Assembly (NCBI GenBank): GCA_963783655.1 | Contig: CAWAOA010000007.1 | Location: 55,229-119,228, forward strand | Reading direction: 5' to 3' | DNA: 64,000 bases | Origin: an uncultured Chloroflexia bacterium | Lineage (GTDB): Bacteria; Chloroflexota; Anaerolineae; CG2-30-64-16 | In this document: positions 50,926 through 60,625 of the stretch, in pieces | Layout: each line of letters opens with the position of its first letter | How positions within the stretch are numbered: position 1 is the first letter of the stretch | The notes under the pieces: generated by a model | What the model was told of the DNA's origin: nothing | The model's database searches: none | What the model saw: only the letters and a program-made list of their open reading frames with translations | Made by a program: the position numbers and the translations under genes

Positions 50926-51342
50926 ATGAAAATCGCCGGAGCGTTGATCGTGATCCTGGCCCTTGTGATCGGTATCGTGCCACAATTGACTGACTGCCAT
51001 TCGCAGGGCAAGCTGCTGACCTTGGCCGACGGACGGACCGTCGACATGAAGTGCCACTGGACGGCCATGGCAGAGGTCGCACTGGCCGTACCGCTTTTGG
51101 CGGTCGGCGGGCTGATGGCTTTTGGTCGCCGCAAGGAGAACCGCCGCAGCCTCGGCATCATGGGTACTGTGCTGGGCGTGTCCGCCATCCTCGTGCCTAC
51201 CGTGCTGATCGGCGTCTGCGCCAACAACACAATGCTCTGCAAATCGATCATGCAGCCCACGCTGATCCTGGCCGGCACCGTTGCCGCCGTGGCAAGTCTG
51301 GCGATCCTGGTCGTTCCCATGAGAGCGAGCCGAGCAGTTCGC
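50926..51342 (+). CDS. DUF4418-family small membrane protein. The stop is not resolved: it reads through in-frame into the permease as assembled.
   Basis: MKIAGALIVILALVIGIVPQLTDCHSQGKLLTLADGRTVDMKCHWTAMAEVALAVPLLAVGGLM...LIGVCANNTMLCKSIMQP. The CHWT and Cys-pair pattern are as I remember for DUF4418. AAGGGGG precedes the ATG. Confidence 0.6.
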
Positions 51343-52540
51343 ATGAGCTTACTTCGACTCGCCTGGCGCAACATCGCCGGCAGCAGCTTCCGCAGCTGGG
51401 TGGTCTTTCTGTGCGCGCTGTTCGTGGCGGGGCTGGCCCTGTCCTCGACGCTGGTCATGCGCGGCGCAGAGAACAGCCTGCGCCTGGCAATGGAGCGCCT
51501 GGGCGCCGACATCATCGTCGTGCCGCGGGGCGCCGAGACCAAGGTCGAGTCGGCCCTGCTGATGGGCCACCCGGCGACCGTGTGGATGCCGCGAGGAGAA
51601 CCTGCGGAAGATCGCGGCAGTACCCGGGGTAGCTGCGGTCACGCCGCAGCTCTACCTCTCCACGCTGAAGGGTGCTTCGTGCTGTTCGGCATCCGAGATG
51701 TTCCTGGTGGCCTATGACCCGGCCACCGACTTTCACCGTTACACCCTGGCTCCAGGACAAGCTGCACGGCGGGCTCGCCCAGGGCGAGGCGGTCGGCGGC
51801 ACCTACGTCTTTGTCCCGGAGGGCGAGCAGAACATCAAGCTGTACGGCTACTACGTCACTCTGAAGGGCAACCTGGAGCCAACCGGCACCGGGTCTGGAT
51901 CAGAGCCTGTTCTTGACCTTCGACACCGCACGCGATGTCGCCCGCATCTCCAAGACTCAGGCTGAGCAGCCGCTGGAGATGCCCTCCGGCAGCGTGTCTG
52001 CGGTGCTGGTCAAGCTGGCGCCGGGCGCCGACACGGCCCAGGTGGCCGTCGATATCCTGGATCGGGTCCCCGAACGTGACGCCCATCCAGAGCCCGAACC
52101 TGTTCCAGTCCTACCGCAAGCAGATGCTGGGTCTGCTCACGGCGATCCTGGCCATCTGGGCATCACCTGGGTGCTGTCTCGATGGTCCTGATCGGCCTGG
52201 TCTTCTCGATGGCGGTCAACGAACGGCGGCGCGAGATCGGCGTGCTGCGGGCCCTCGGGGCAACTCGCGGCTTCGTTTTTCGCTCGCTGCTGGCCGAGGC
52301 CGGTATCCTGGCGCTGAGCGGCGGCATTGCCGGCGCTGCCTGGCTGCGTTCGCCATCCTGCTCTTCCGGCAGGTCGATCATGAGCTCGCTGGGCATCCCG
52401 TTTCTCTTCCCGTCCCGCTGCCCCTGTTGGGGTTGGTGCTCGGGGGCCTGGCGCTGGCCCTGGCAGGCGTGACGCTGGCGGCCTTGCTGCCGGCCTACCG
52501 CATCAGCCACCAGGACCCGGCCCTGGCCATGAGGGAGTAG
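51343..52540 (+). CDS. ABC transporter permease, FtsX/MacB type, with several frame changes
   Basis: MSLLRLAWRNIAGSSFRSWVVFLCALFVAG, periplasmic-core strings (LGADIIVVPRG, LKGNLEPTGTG), and the FtsX region VFSMAVNERRREIGVLRALGATRGFVFRSLLAEAGILALSGGIAG and LLPAYRISHQDPALAMRE*. Confidence 0.75.
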
Positions 52541-52543
52541 GCC

Positions 52544-53263
52544 ATGATCTCACTGCTGAACGAGGTCGAGCAAAACCTATCCTCTGGGCCGGGAGAACAC
52601 AGTTGCGGCGGTGCGTGGCGGTCAGCCTGGAGGTCGACACGCGGCGAGTTCATCGTCATCACCGGGCGCTCGGGCTCGGGCAAGACCACGCTGCTCAACC
52701 TGGCCGCCGGCCTCACCCGGCCGACCTCGGGCAAGTGTTGATCGACGGCGTCGACCTGTGGAGCCTGCCCGACGGCCGAGCAGTCGCTGCTGCGCAACCA
52801 GAAGATGGGCTTCGTGTTCCAGTTCCCCAGCCTGCTGCCCTCCCTGACCGTGCTGGAAAACGTGGTCTTGCCGACCATCTTCGGCGCCGACGGGCAGAGC
52901 GGGCCGAGCACGCCGGTGCACGAGCGGGCCGGCCAGCTGCTGGAGCAGGTGGGCCTGGCCGAAAAGTGGACGTCGTACCCGCGCCAGCTCTCGGCCGGCC
53001 AGCAGCAGCGCGTGGTGGTGGCGCGGGCCCTGATGAACCAGCCGGAGATCCTGCTGGCCGACGAGCCGACCAGCGATCTGGACGAGCAGACCGAGCAGGA
53101 GATCATGGAGCTGTTCAGCCAGATCCATGCTGCCGCTGGCATCACGTCCTGCTGGTTACCCACACGCAGCCAGCTCGTCGCGTATGGCACCCGGGCCGTG
53201 CAGATGGCCGGCGGCTTGTTGCTGGAGCCAAACGAGACGACACTTGCCGGGCGGCAGCACTGA
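52544..53263 (+). CDS. ABC transporter ATP-binding protein (MacB/LolD-like), with frame changes
   Basis: Walker A GEFIVITGRSGSGKTTLLN, Q-loop MGFVFQFPSLLPSLTVLENV, signature LSAGQQQRVVVARAL, Walker B ILLADEPTSDLD. Confidence 0.85.
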
Positions 53264-53281
53264 TCAAATGAGGAGAAGGAA

Positions 53282-54056
53282 ATGAGCAAGCGGACTACCG
53301 TTTTGATGACGGTCGCAGTCGTTGCCCTGCTGGCACTCGTCGTCTTTGCGACATCGGTACTGGCCAAGGCGCCGGCCGCACGGGACCGGTCACAAGCAGT
53401 CCCGACGCAGAAAGCGCCCGTCGCCGGGGGTATGATCATGAGCAGTCCCGCACCGGCGCCACGCCGGCGAAGGCCGTGACTGTGCCGCTGTCGGGCACGC
53501 CGGTGGCCGGAAGCATGAATGGCGGCCAGATGGGGAGCGCAGGCATGCAGGCGATGCCCGGCGCGGCGACTGGCATGGCGGGTAGCGCCATGGGTGGCGC
53601 CATGGGTGGCGGCATGATGGGCATGCAGGGTGTGCAGGGCGGTCAGATGCCCGGTGGCATGATGGGCATGATGGGTGGCGGCATGATGGGTATGATGGGC
53701 GGCCAGATGAACACCTCCGTCATGACCGGCACGATCCCCGGCAGCATGGTCGGCTGCGCCATGATGCCATGATGCCGGGCACGTCCTCACCGCTGCCGGC
53801 GATGCCGATGACCGGCACGATGCCGGGCGGCATGGGGGGCTATCCCATGATGCCGGGCACGTCATCGCCGCTGCCGTCAATGCCTATGACCGGCACTGCG
53901 ACGAGCGGCATGGCCGGTTGCGCCATGATGCCCATGATGGCGGGCACGTCCTCGCCGCTGCCATCGATGCCGATGACCGGCACGATGCCGGGCGGCATGA
54001 CCGGCGCTCCGATGCAGGGCATGGGGTCGCCACTCCCCACACCGGCGGCGCGATAA
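53282..54056 (+). CDS. Secreted Met/Gly-rich low-complexity protein (candidate Cu(I)-binding), with 2 frame changes
   Basis: Signal/anchor MSKRTTVLMTVAVVALLALVVFATSVLA (ORF 53282..53479). Then GSMNGGQMGSAGMQAMPGAATGMAGSAMGGAMGGGMMGMQGVQGGQMPGGMMGMMGGGMMGMMGGQM (ORF 53476..53772). Then three MM(P/A)GTSSPLP(A/S)MPMTGT modules (ORF 53769..54056). Confidence 0.6.
53769..54011 (+). repeat. Three tandem 78-87-bp coding repeats (MMPGTSSPLPxMPMTGT...)
   Basis: Repeat starts ATGATG(C/G)CGGGCACGTC occur at 53769, 53847 and 53934. Confidence 0.8.
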
Positions 54057-54193
54057 GCGCCACATTCGTGCATTGTCACACGACAAAGCATCCCATCGGC
54101 GGCACCGCCGTGCCTGCACAGCCGCACCCGGCGGGGTCCGCCGGGCCCGCTAGGCCCTAACTGATACAGATGGATCACATGGGGAGGTGCACG

Positions 54194-55822
54194 ATGAGTT
54201 CGCGACAGATCAACCGGCGCCAATTCCTGCGCAGCGCGGGGCTGGGCGCAGCCGGAATCGTCTGCAGCAACCTGGCCGCCCGCGGAGCGAGCCCTGCGCC
54301 GTCCCCCACCGTGGGTTCGGCGATGGCCGGTGCAGCACCCGCCAAGGCGATTGCGCCTTCTTTTTTGCCGGACGCTGAGGTGTCTATCCGGGCCGTTCAG
54401 AAGACCGTCCAGATTCTGCCGGGCGCGCAGACGATCGTCTACGGCTACGAAGGAAAGCTGGTGAGCGGGTCCGGAGTGACCGTGGATCCCATCCCCGGCA
54501 GCTCTCTCGGTCCAATCCTCCGCGTCAAGACCGGAACGAAACTGCGTCTCGTATTCGACAACGAGCTGCGCGAGCGAGACGGTGCTGCACCCACACGGGC
54601 TGCGGGTGCCGGAAAACTGCGATGGGCAGCCAATGCAGTCGATCGACCCGGGCCAGACCAAGCTTTACGAGTTCCCGGTCGTCGACCGCGCGGGACCGTA
54701 CTGGTTCCATCCGCACCCGATGGGCCGTACCGCGGAACAAGTCATCCTCGGAATGGCGGGGCTATTCTACGTGTGGGATGACGACGAAATTGCTGCCGTG
54801 CCCGGCGCCCGCACCGGGGCGAACGACGTACCGGTCGTGATCCAGGATCGGGCTTTCGATCGCAACAACCAGCTTCTGTATCAACCGAACATGATGTGGG
54901 GCTTCCTGGGCGATCGCATTCTCGTCAACGGCAAGCCGGACGTCGTGCTCTCGCTCGAGCCTCGTGCCTATCGCCTGCGCATCCTGAATGGCTCTAACGC
55001 CCGCACGTACAAGCTGGCGTGGAGCGACGGCAGGCCGTTGCTGGTCATCGGGACGGACGGCGGCTTGCTGCCGGCGGCCGTGACCAGGCCCTACGTCATG
55101 CTGATGCCGGGAGAGCGCGTCGATGTGTGGGCCGACTTCAAAGGTCTCGCGGGCAAGCAGGTAACGCTCGACAGCCAGCAGTTCGTCTCCGGTGGAATGG
55201 GTATGATGGGCGGCATGGGTATGGGCGGCATGGGCATGGGCGGTATGGGTATGGGCATGATGGGGGGGCTGGACCGGCAAACGGGGCAGCGCTGAAGATC
55301 CTGACGGTCAACGTCGGCCGCGACGCCTCATCCAATCCTAAGCTTGGTCCGCTGCCCGCGCTCGACGAGCGCTACGATGCCACCAATGTCCCAGACTTCA
55401 ATTCACCGCACAGCTTCGTTCTCGGCATGCAGTCTATGATGAACTGGACCATCAACGGGCGCGTCTACAACATGACTGAGATCGCCGAGGACGAGAAGAT
55501 GGTTCGCGACCAGGTCGTGACCTGGGAATGGGTAAACAACTCTCCGATCCCGCATCCGATGCATATCCACACCGTGCAGTTCCAGGTCATCGAGCGCGAC
55601 ACGTCATTCGTAGCCAACAGTTACAGCACAATAAATCAGGGGCTCGTCGACAGCGGCTGGAAGGACACGGTGTTGGTGTGGCCGGGCGAACGGGTGAAGG
55701 TCGCCATGAAGTTCGGTCCGCATACGGGGATGTACATGTACCACTGCCACATTCTGGAGCATGAGGACATGACCATGATGCGCAACTTCATGATCATGGA
55801 AAGCGCCCACTCGGGCATGTAG
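54194..55822 (+). CDS. Tat-exported multicopper oxidase (CueO/CopA-like) with a methionine-rich insert, with frame changes
   Basis: GGGGAGG precedes the ATG at 54194, followed by MSSRQINRRQFLRSAGLGAAG. Copper motifs: VLHPHGL, YWFHPHP, HPMHIHTVQF, YHCHILEHEDMTMM. The insert is GGMGMMGGMGMGGMGMGGMGMGMMGG. Pieces lie in ORFs 54170..54781, 54582..55295 and 55019..55822. Confidence 0.85.
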
Positions 55823-56051
55823 TCCATTACAGGCGCACCTCGAGCGATCCGGTGACACTTATAATTGCCAACATATCGCTCGAGATTGGGCTGCCTTCGG
55901 GATTCCCGGAGAAATATTGGGACGCACTCGTTAGGGCTGCCGAGAAGTATGCCGTGAAACGGCGCCTGAATAGCCGCCCAGGATCGGCCTGACGACTGCT
56001 GTGAAGCAGCCGGTCCCCTGGCCGGCAAAAGGCCGTCACCGCAACTGCACG

Positions 56052-56083
56052 ACACACACCGGCAAGCGCCGGTGTGTGTTTTT
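56052..56083 (+). terminator. Rho-independent terminator
   Basis: acacacaccggc aagc gccggtgtgtgt is a perfect 12-bp stem followed by TTTT(T)G. Confidence 0.6.
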
Positions 56084-56154
56084 GTCCCTCCCGGTACCAA
56101 GCCTCAGGTACTCCGCGAGCGATAACTAGGTGTCTGAGACGGCGCCCCAGAGAA

Positions 56155-57570
56155 CTACAGCAGGCCTTCGGCAAACCGCAGGAAGCGGCACACATCTGCA
56201 AAGTTCGTCACCATCCCCACCGAGATGCGCACGGCACCTGAGCTCTTTCCATCGATGCACAGCCGGAAGTCGTCCAACGTCAGGTGTTGCGCCGGCTGGT
56301 TGAAGCAGGCGACCAGCTCGAGCTGTGACAGCCCGAGGGCGACCTCACCGGCGCCGGGGTTACAAAAGCAGCCCGTCCGCAGTGAGATGTTGTCTGCACC
56401 GGCCTGCTGCTCGATCACGCGGTGGTCGATTGGCTGCCCGGCGCTGTCGTAGAAATTGAGTGCCAGGGTGCCGCCCCGCCAGCTCGTATTCGGGGGACCG
56501 TACAGGCGCACGAGGGGCCGGCCGCTTCGGTGTCGAAGGGCAAGCAGCCCGTCGAGCATCCAACCGGTAAGGCAGCGTACTCGCTCGTGAATCGATTCCA
56601 GCCCGATGGCCTCGATGTGTCTGAGGCCAATTTCTACCGCCGGCAAATTGAGATAGTTGACCGTGCCATCTTCAAACGCCGCTTCGCTTTCCGCCAGATA
56701 GTAGCGGTCCCCCTGGACCGAGGCAACAGTGATGGTGCCGCCGGCAAACCAGGGGCGGCGCAGTTGGGCGAGCGCGTCCCGGCGAGCGATCAGGCAGCCC
56801 ACACCGGTTGGATAGCCGAACATCTTGTAGAACGAGATCGACACAAAGTCGGGATGCCAGCGACTAAGATCCATTCGATTCGTCGGGACAAAGGCAGCGG
56901 CATCCAGCAGCACCGTCCATCCCCTCTTCTGGGCCGCGGCGATCCAGTCCAGCGGATGCTGCACCCCAGAAAAGTTGGATTGTGCCGGATAAGCGAAGAG
57001 GTTGTGGCCGCCTGGCCTGGCCCGGTCCAGATAGTCAGCCAGGCGCTCCTCATCCACGCGCATCTCAGGCAGCATCACCGGCACGTAGGTCACGTCAGCG
57101 TGCCGTGTACGTGCGAACTCGCGAATGCCGTTGACCGAATTGTGATTGTCGAAGGTCAGCAAGTATTGATCGTCCGATTCGAACGGAAAAGACTCGCCCA
57201 CCAGTTTGAGGGCCCCACTTGCGTTGGGGGTGAAGATCGCGACATACTCATCTGGCGACGCGCCGAAGTACTCGAGCACATAGCTTCGCGCCTGCTCAAC
57301 CAGAGTCGTCGTGGCGCTCGAAGTGGGGTTGGAGGAGTGCGGGTTGCCAAAGACGCAGTCGTTGAGCAGCCGGGTGTGCTGCCTGATTTGGGAGAGCGCG
57401 TGCAGGCCGGCTCCCGTGTAATCGAGATATACCTGGCCGCACGAATCCAGGCGCGCATATTCGGTGGCGCGCAACTCGTCAAGGTGGCGCGTGGATTCGA
57501 ATGCCGGATAAGACCGCACAAAGGCAGCCAGGTCTGCCGGTAAATGGCCCGCGTTATCGAGTTCGCGCAT
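56155..57570 (-). CDS. Class V aminotransferase-fold enzyme, molybdenum-cofactor-sulfurase N-domain-like
   Basis: LDELRATEYARLDSCGQVYLDYTGAGL, VFGNPHSSNPTS, FAYPAQSNFSGVQHPL, LLDAAAFVP, DFVSISFYKMFGYPTGVGCLI (PLP-Lys region), LRTGCFCNPGAGE. The likely start is the internal MRELDNAG at 57570. Confidence 0.8.
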   Translation of the reverse strand: MRELDNAGHLPADLAAFVRSYPAFESTRHLDELRATEYARLDSCGQVYLDYTGAGLHALSQIRQHTRLLNDCVFGNPHSSNPTSSATTTLVEQARSYVLEYFGASPDEYVAIFTPNASGALKLVGESFPFESDDQYLLTFDNHNSVNGIREFARTRHADVTYVPVMLPEMRVDEERLADYLDRARPGGHNLFAYPAQSNFSGVQHPLDWIAAAQKRGWTVLLDAAAFVPTNRMDLSRWHPDFVSISFYKMFGYPTGVGCLIARRDALAQLRRPWFAGGTITVASVQGDRYYLAESEAAFEDGTVNYLNLPAVEIGLRHIEAIGLESIHERVRCLTGWMLDGLLALRHRSGRPLVRLYGPPNTSWRGGTLALNFYDSAGQPIDHRVIEQQAGADNISLRTGCFCNPGAGEVALGLSQLELVACFNQPAQHLTLDDFRLCIDGKSSGAVRISVGMVTNFADVCRFLRFAEGLL

Positions 57571-58230
57571 TGGATCTCTGTCCTTGGGGTAGCCGGTGGC
57601 AGACTGCCGATCCCCGGATTGGCTCAGGAACGCTGGGTGGGGTTGCCGGATGCAGCAAGACGAAAGAGCACCAGTACGCGCTGACACCACCTTCTAAGCC
57701 ATTATCGTCGAAAGCGTGCGAGAGAGCTATTCTCAGCAGCCTCTGTACTTGGACGTGCGTGTGGGAGCAACAATTCGCCCGCCAGCCAGAATTCACCCGC
57801 CCCGCAACACGGCCGGCGTGCCCGGTAGAACCTGTCCGGCGCGCTTGGCGAGCTGGTGATACGAGGCGGCATGGTTTCGTGAAGCAGTCTGGTAGTACAA
57901 TACGGATCATCGAATCGAAGGCCAGCGCTTCACTGAGCGCGAGTGATTTCCTGAACTGCGCCACGAGAAACGCTGCGGGAGATCTCGTCTTCAAGGCGGC
58001 GACTTCGCCAAACGGTCGATTTATCTGGCCCGGCGGAACAGACTGCGCTGACGCCAGTTCACCTGGGGGTGGAGAGCTAAATCGACGCGCCGAACCATTC
58101 TTCTTCGCTTCGTCTCTGAAGAGCCAGGTTAGTCTGGCCACCAGACAGGGCCTTCTGTGCAAGGTGGGCGGACCATGCTACCGGCCTGCCACGTAAGGCC
58201 GAACTATTTGTCACCGGCATCATGGAGTGA

Positions 58231-59084
58231 GTGTCGAGGAGGCAGAGCAAAATTAGCATGAAACCGACGAAGACCTCTCACGCGTTCGAAAAGTACGTCC
58301 AGGAGACCGTCGATGAGGGCGTCGCGTACCTGAGCCGGCACGGCTGGCTGGATCCAAATACAGGCGGCCCGGATGTGGGTAAAATCCGTCCCATGTTGGG
58401 CCCGCAGGAGGTCCGGCCGCCCGCTGAGGTCTACGTGGCCCTGACGCGCAGCACGTGGAATGCGCCGGCGCACGAATACCGCGGCAATCTGACCACGGCC
58501 TCTGCCTGGTATGAGCTGGGTCGGTACGGCTGGCGCGGCGAAAGGATTTTTGCCGGCGAGACCAATCCGGTCCCTGCCCAGAGAGTCCGAGAAGCTGCGG
58601 CTATCAGCCAGCTTCCGGCTGCCGTCTGCTCGGACCGGGTGGGGCAAACCCGACGCGCGCGATGGACTTATATCATTGGGCAGCCGAGAACTACAGGCTC
58701 ACCGAGGCGGAAATCGAATACTACGGCAGCTCGAAGCAGATCCAGCCGATTTGGGAGTGCCTGCCCCTGAGGTCGTATGCGCTGGCCTGTGTCGAAGATT
58801 GGCCGGGCGCTCTGTCGGCAGCCGAAGTTGCTGACCGGTGGGCGAAAAAAGACCGGCGCGCGCAGACCGGCGAATCCTATCAGCTCCAGCTCCAGCTTCT
58901 ACCGGTCTTGATCGCCCTGGCAAGCTACAAGCTTGATCCGAACGCGGAAAACCGCCAAGAAGCCCAGGCGATGCTCGATTGCAGCGCCATCACCTCGCGA
59001 AGCTCGTCGGAACGCCTGCTGTGCTACTTCTATCTCTATAACCTGCGCTCACGCTTTGGCCGCGACCTGCTGGAAATGACTTGA
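58231..59084 (+). CDS. Hypothetical protein, with one frame change near 58650
   Basis: ORFs 58231..58770 and 58662..59084 join plausibly. The composition is ordinary (Trp/Tyr-rich, e.g. DLYHWAAENYRLTEAEIEYYGSSKQIQPIWECLP). I recognise no family. Confidence 0.4.
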
Positions 59085-59257
59085 AGCCGCACGAATGCAT
59101 ACCACTCTGCGTGGAAGTCGCAATCTGAAAGAGATGGCCTCCATTAGGCATTGGACACTGGATATGCAGATCAAAGGTCGCATTGCGAGGCGGGTCACCG
59201 GCGGAGCGGGCCAAGCCGTAGGGGTAGCTCATCCGCCCGGGGCGCAGCCTTGATTCC

Positions 59258-60623
59258 TCAGCCTAATTGATTCGAAGCTGCTGTCGCCGCCGCCGTTATG
59301 GCTGCGCTTAGCAGCGTTATGAGTTCGTCGATCTGCGCTTCAGTGATGACCAGGGGCGGTCCAAGCGTCAGCAGGTCCCCGGCGACTCCATCTACGCAGC
59401 CGCTGCCGGGGTACACGACGAGACCCAGATCGAGCGCGGCGTCGGCTACACGCTGCCCGAAATGTAGCTGCCGGCGGGAAAGGCTGTTTGGTTCCACGGT
59501 CTGCGACAAACTCGATGCCCCACAGCATCCCTACACCACGCACGTCGCCGACACAGGCTTGCCCGGCCAGCGCCTCGGCCAGCTTGCGGCCCAATATGCC
59601 GCCAAGACGAGCGCATTCGGCAATCAGATCGTGATTGATGAGGTAATCAAGCGTCGCCAGCCCGACCGCTGCCGCGACCGGATGGTGCGAGAAGGTGCCA
59701 CCGTGGACGAAGCCGCCCGCGTCGACTACCGCATCGAGCCACTTACGATCGACCGCTGCAATGGATAGGGGAAAGTATCCGCCCGATGCCCCCTTGCCCG
59801 CCGTCATCACGTCGGCGCGGATTCCCCAGCGTTCGAGCGCAAACCAGTGCCCCGTGCGGCCGAAACCGGTCATCACCTCATCGGCGATCAAGAGCAAGCC
59901 GTAGTGGTCGCAAATCGCGCGCACCATCGGCCAGTACCCGGCCGGCGGCACAATTGCGCCCAGCGTGGCGCCGATGATGGGTTCGGCCAGGAACGCGGCC
60001 ACGTTCTCCTTACCCAGGCGCTTGATCTCCACCTCCAGCGCCTCGGCGCACTCCAGGCCGCAGTCGCCGTCCGTTCGCCCAAAGGCGCAGCGATAACAGT
60101 ACGGCGGTGAGATCATAGCCGACTGTCCGAGCAGCGGCTGGTATGGCCGGCGCATCGCAGGCTTGCCGGTAACGGTCAGAGCGCCGAGAGTCGTGCCGTG
60201 GTAGGAACCACGACGCGTGATCGTGAGGTAGCGGCTGGGCTGGCCGGCAGCAATTTGCGCCTGCCGTGCAAACTTGAGCGCGTGCTCAATGGCTTCCGAC
60301 CCGCTGGAAAGGAAGTAAAAACGGGGATCGCGTAGCGGCGCCAACTCGGCCAGGCGCACGGCATACGTTTCTATGGCCGGACTGGTAAAGACCGTGGGAT
60401 GGATATAGGCCACGGCTGTCGCCTGGGCGGCCATTGCCGCACCGATTTCGGCCACCCCATGCCCCAGGTTCGCCACGATGGCCCCCCCGGAGCCATCCAG
60501 GTAGCGTTTGCCTTCCGTGTCATAGAGGTAGACGCCTGCGCCATGGTGAATAACCGGATGGGCGAAATGTTCACGTCGGTAAAAGACGCTTCCCTCGGGG
60601 TGCTCGTGTTTCTGGCGCTCCAT
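59258..60623 (-). CDS. Class III (omega-type) aminotransferase, with one frame change near 59490
   Basis: YLDGSGGAIVANLGHG, FLSSGSEAIEHALKFAR, LIADEVMTGFGRTGHWFA, DVMTAGKGASGGYFPL (PLP-Lys), and the tail LLTLGPPLVITEAQIDEL (ORF 59258..59509). Confidence 0.85.
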
Positions 60624-60625
60624 GC

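Noticed and set aside
55839-55990. Possible OsmC/Ohr-like C-terminal remnant (IANISLEIGLPSGFPEKYWDALVRAAEKYAVKRRL), plus the 10-bp inverted repeat ctcgagcgat/atcgctcgag (55839-48 and 55875-84) enclosing a TATAAT
   Set aside because: There is no start codon and no N-terminal part, and the resemblance is weak and from memory. The TATAAT has no acceptable -35. I left the region unannotated, apart from the clear terminator at 56052-56083.
57554-58196. ORFs 57554..58162 (minus, 202 aa) and 57501..58196 (plus, 231 aa)
   Set aside because: Neither translation shows recognisable motifs. A faint LysR-HTH-like stretch (FGEVAALKTRSPAAFLVAQ) did not hold up on closer reading. The composition is Arg/Ser/Ala-rich, so I treat the region as unassigned.
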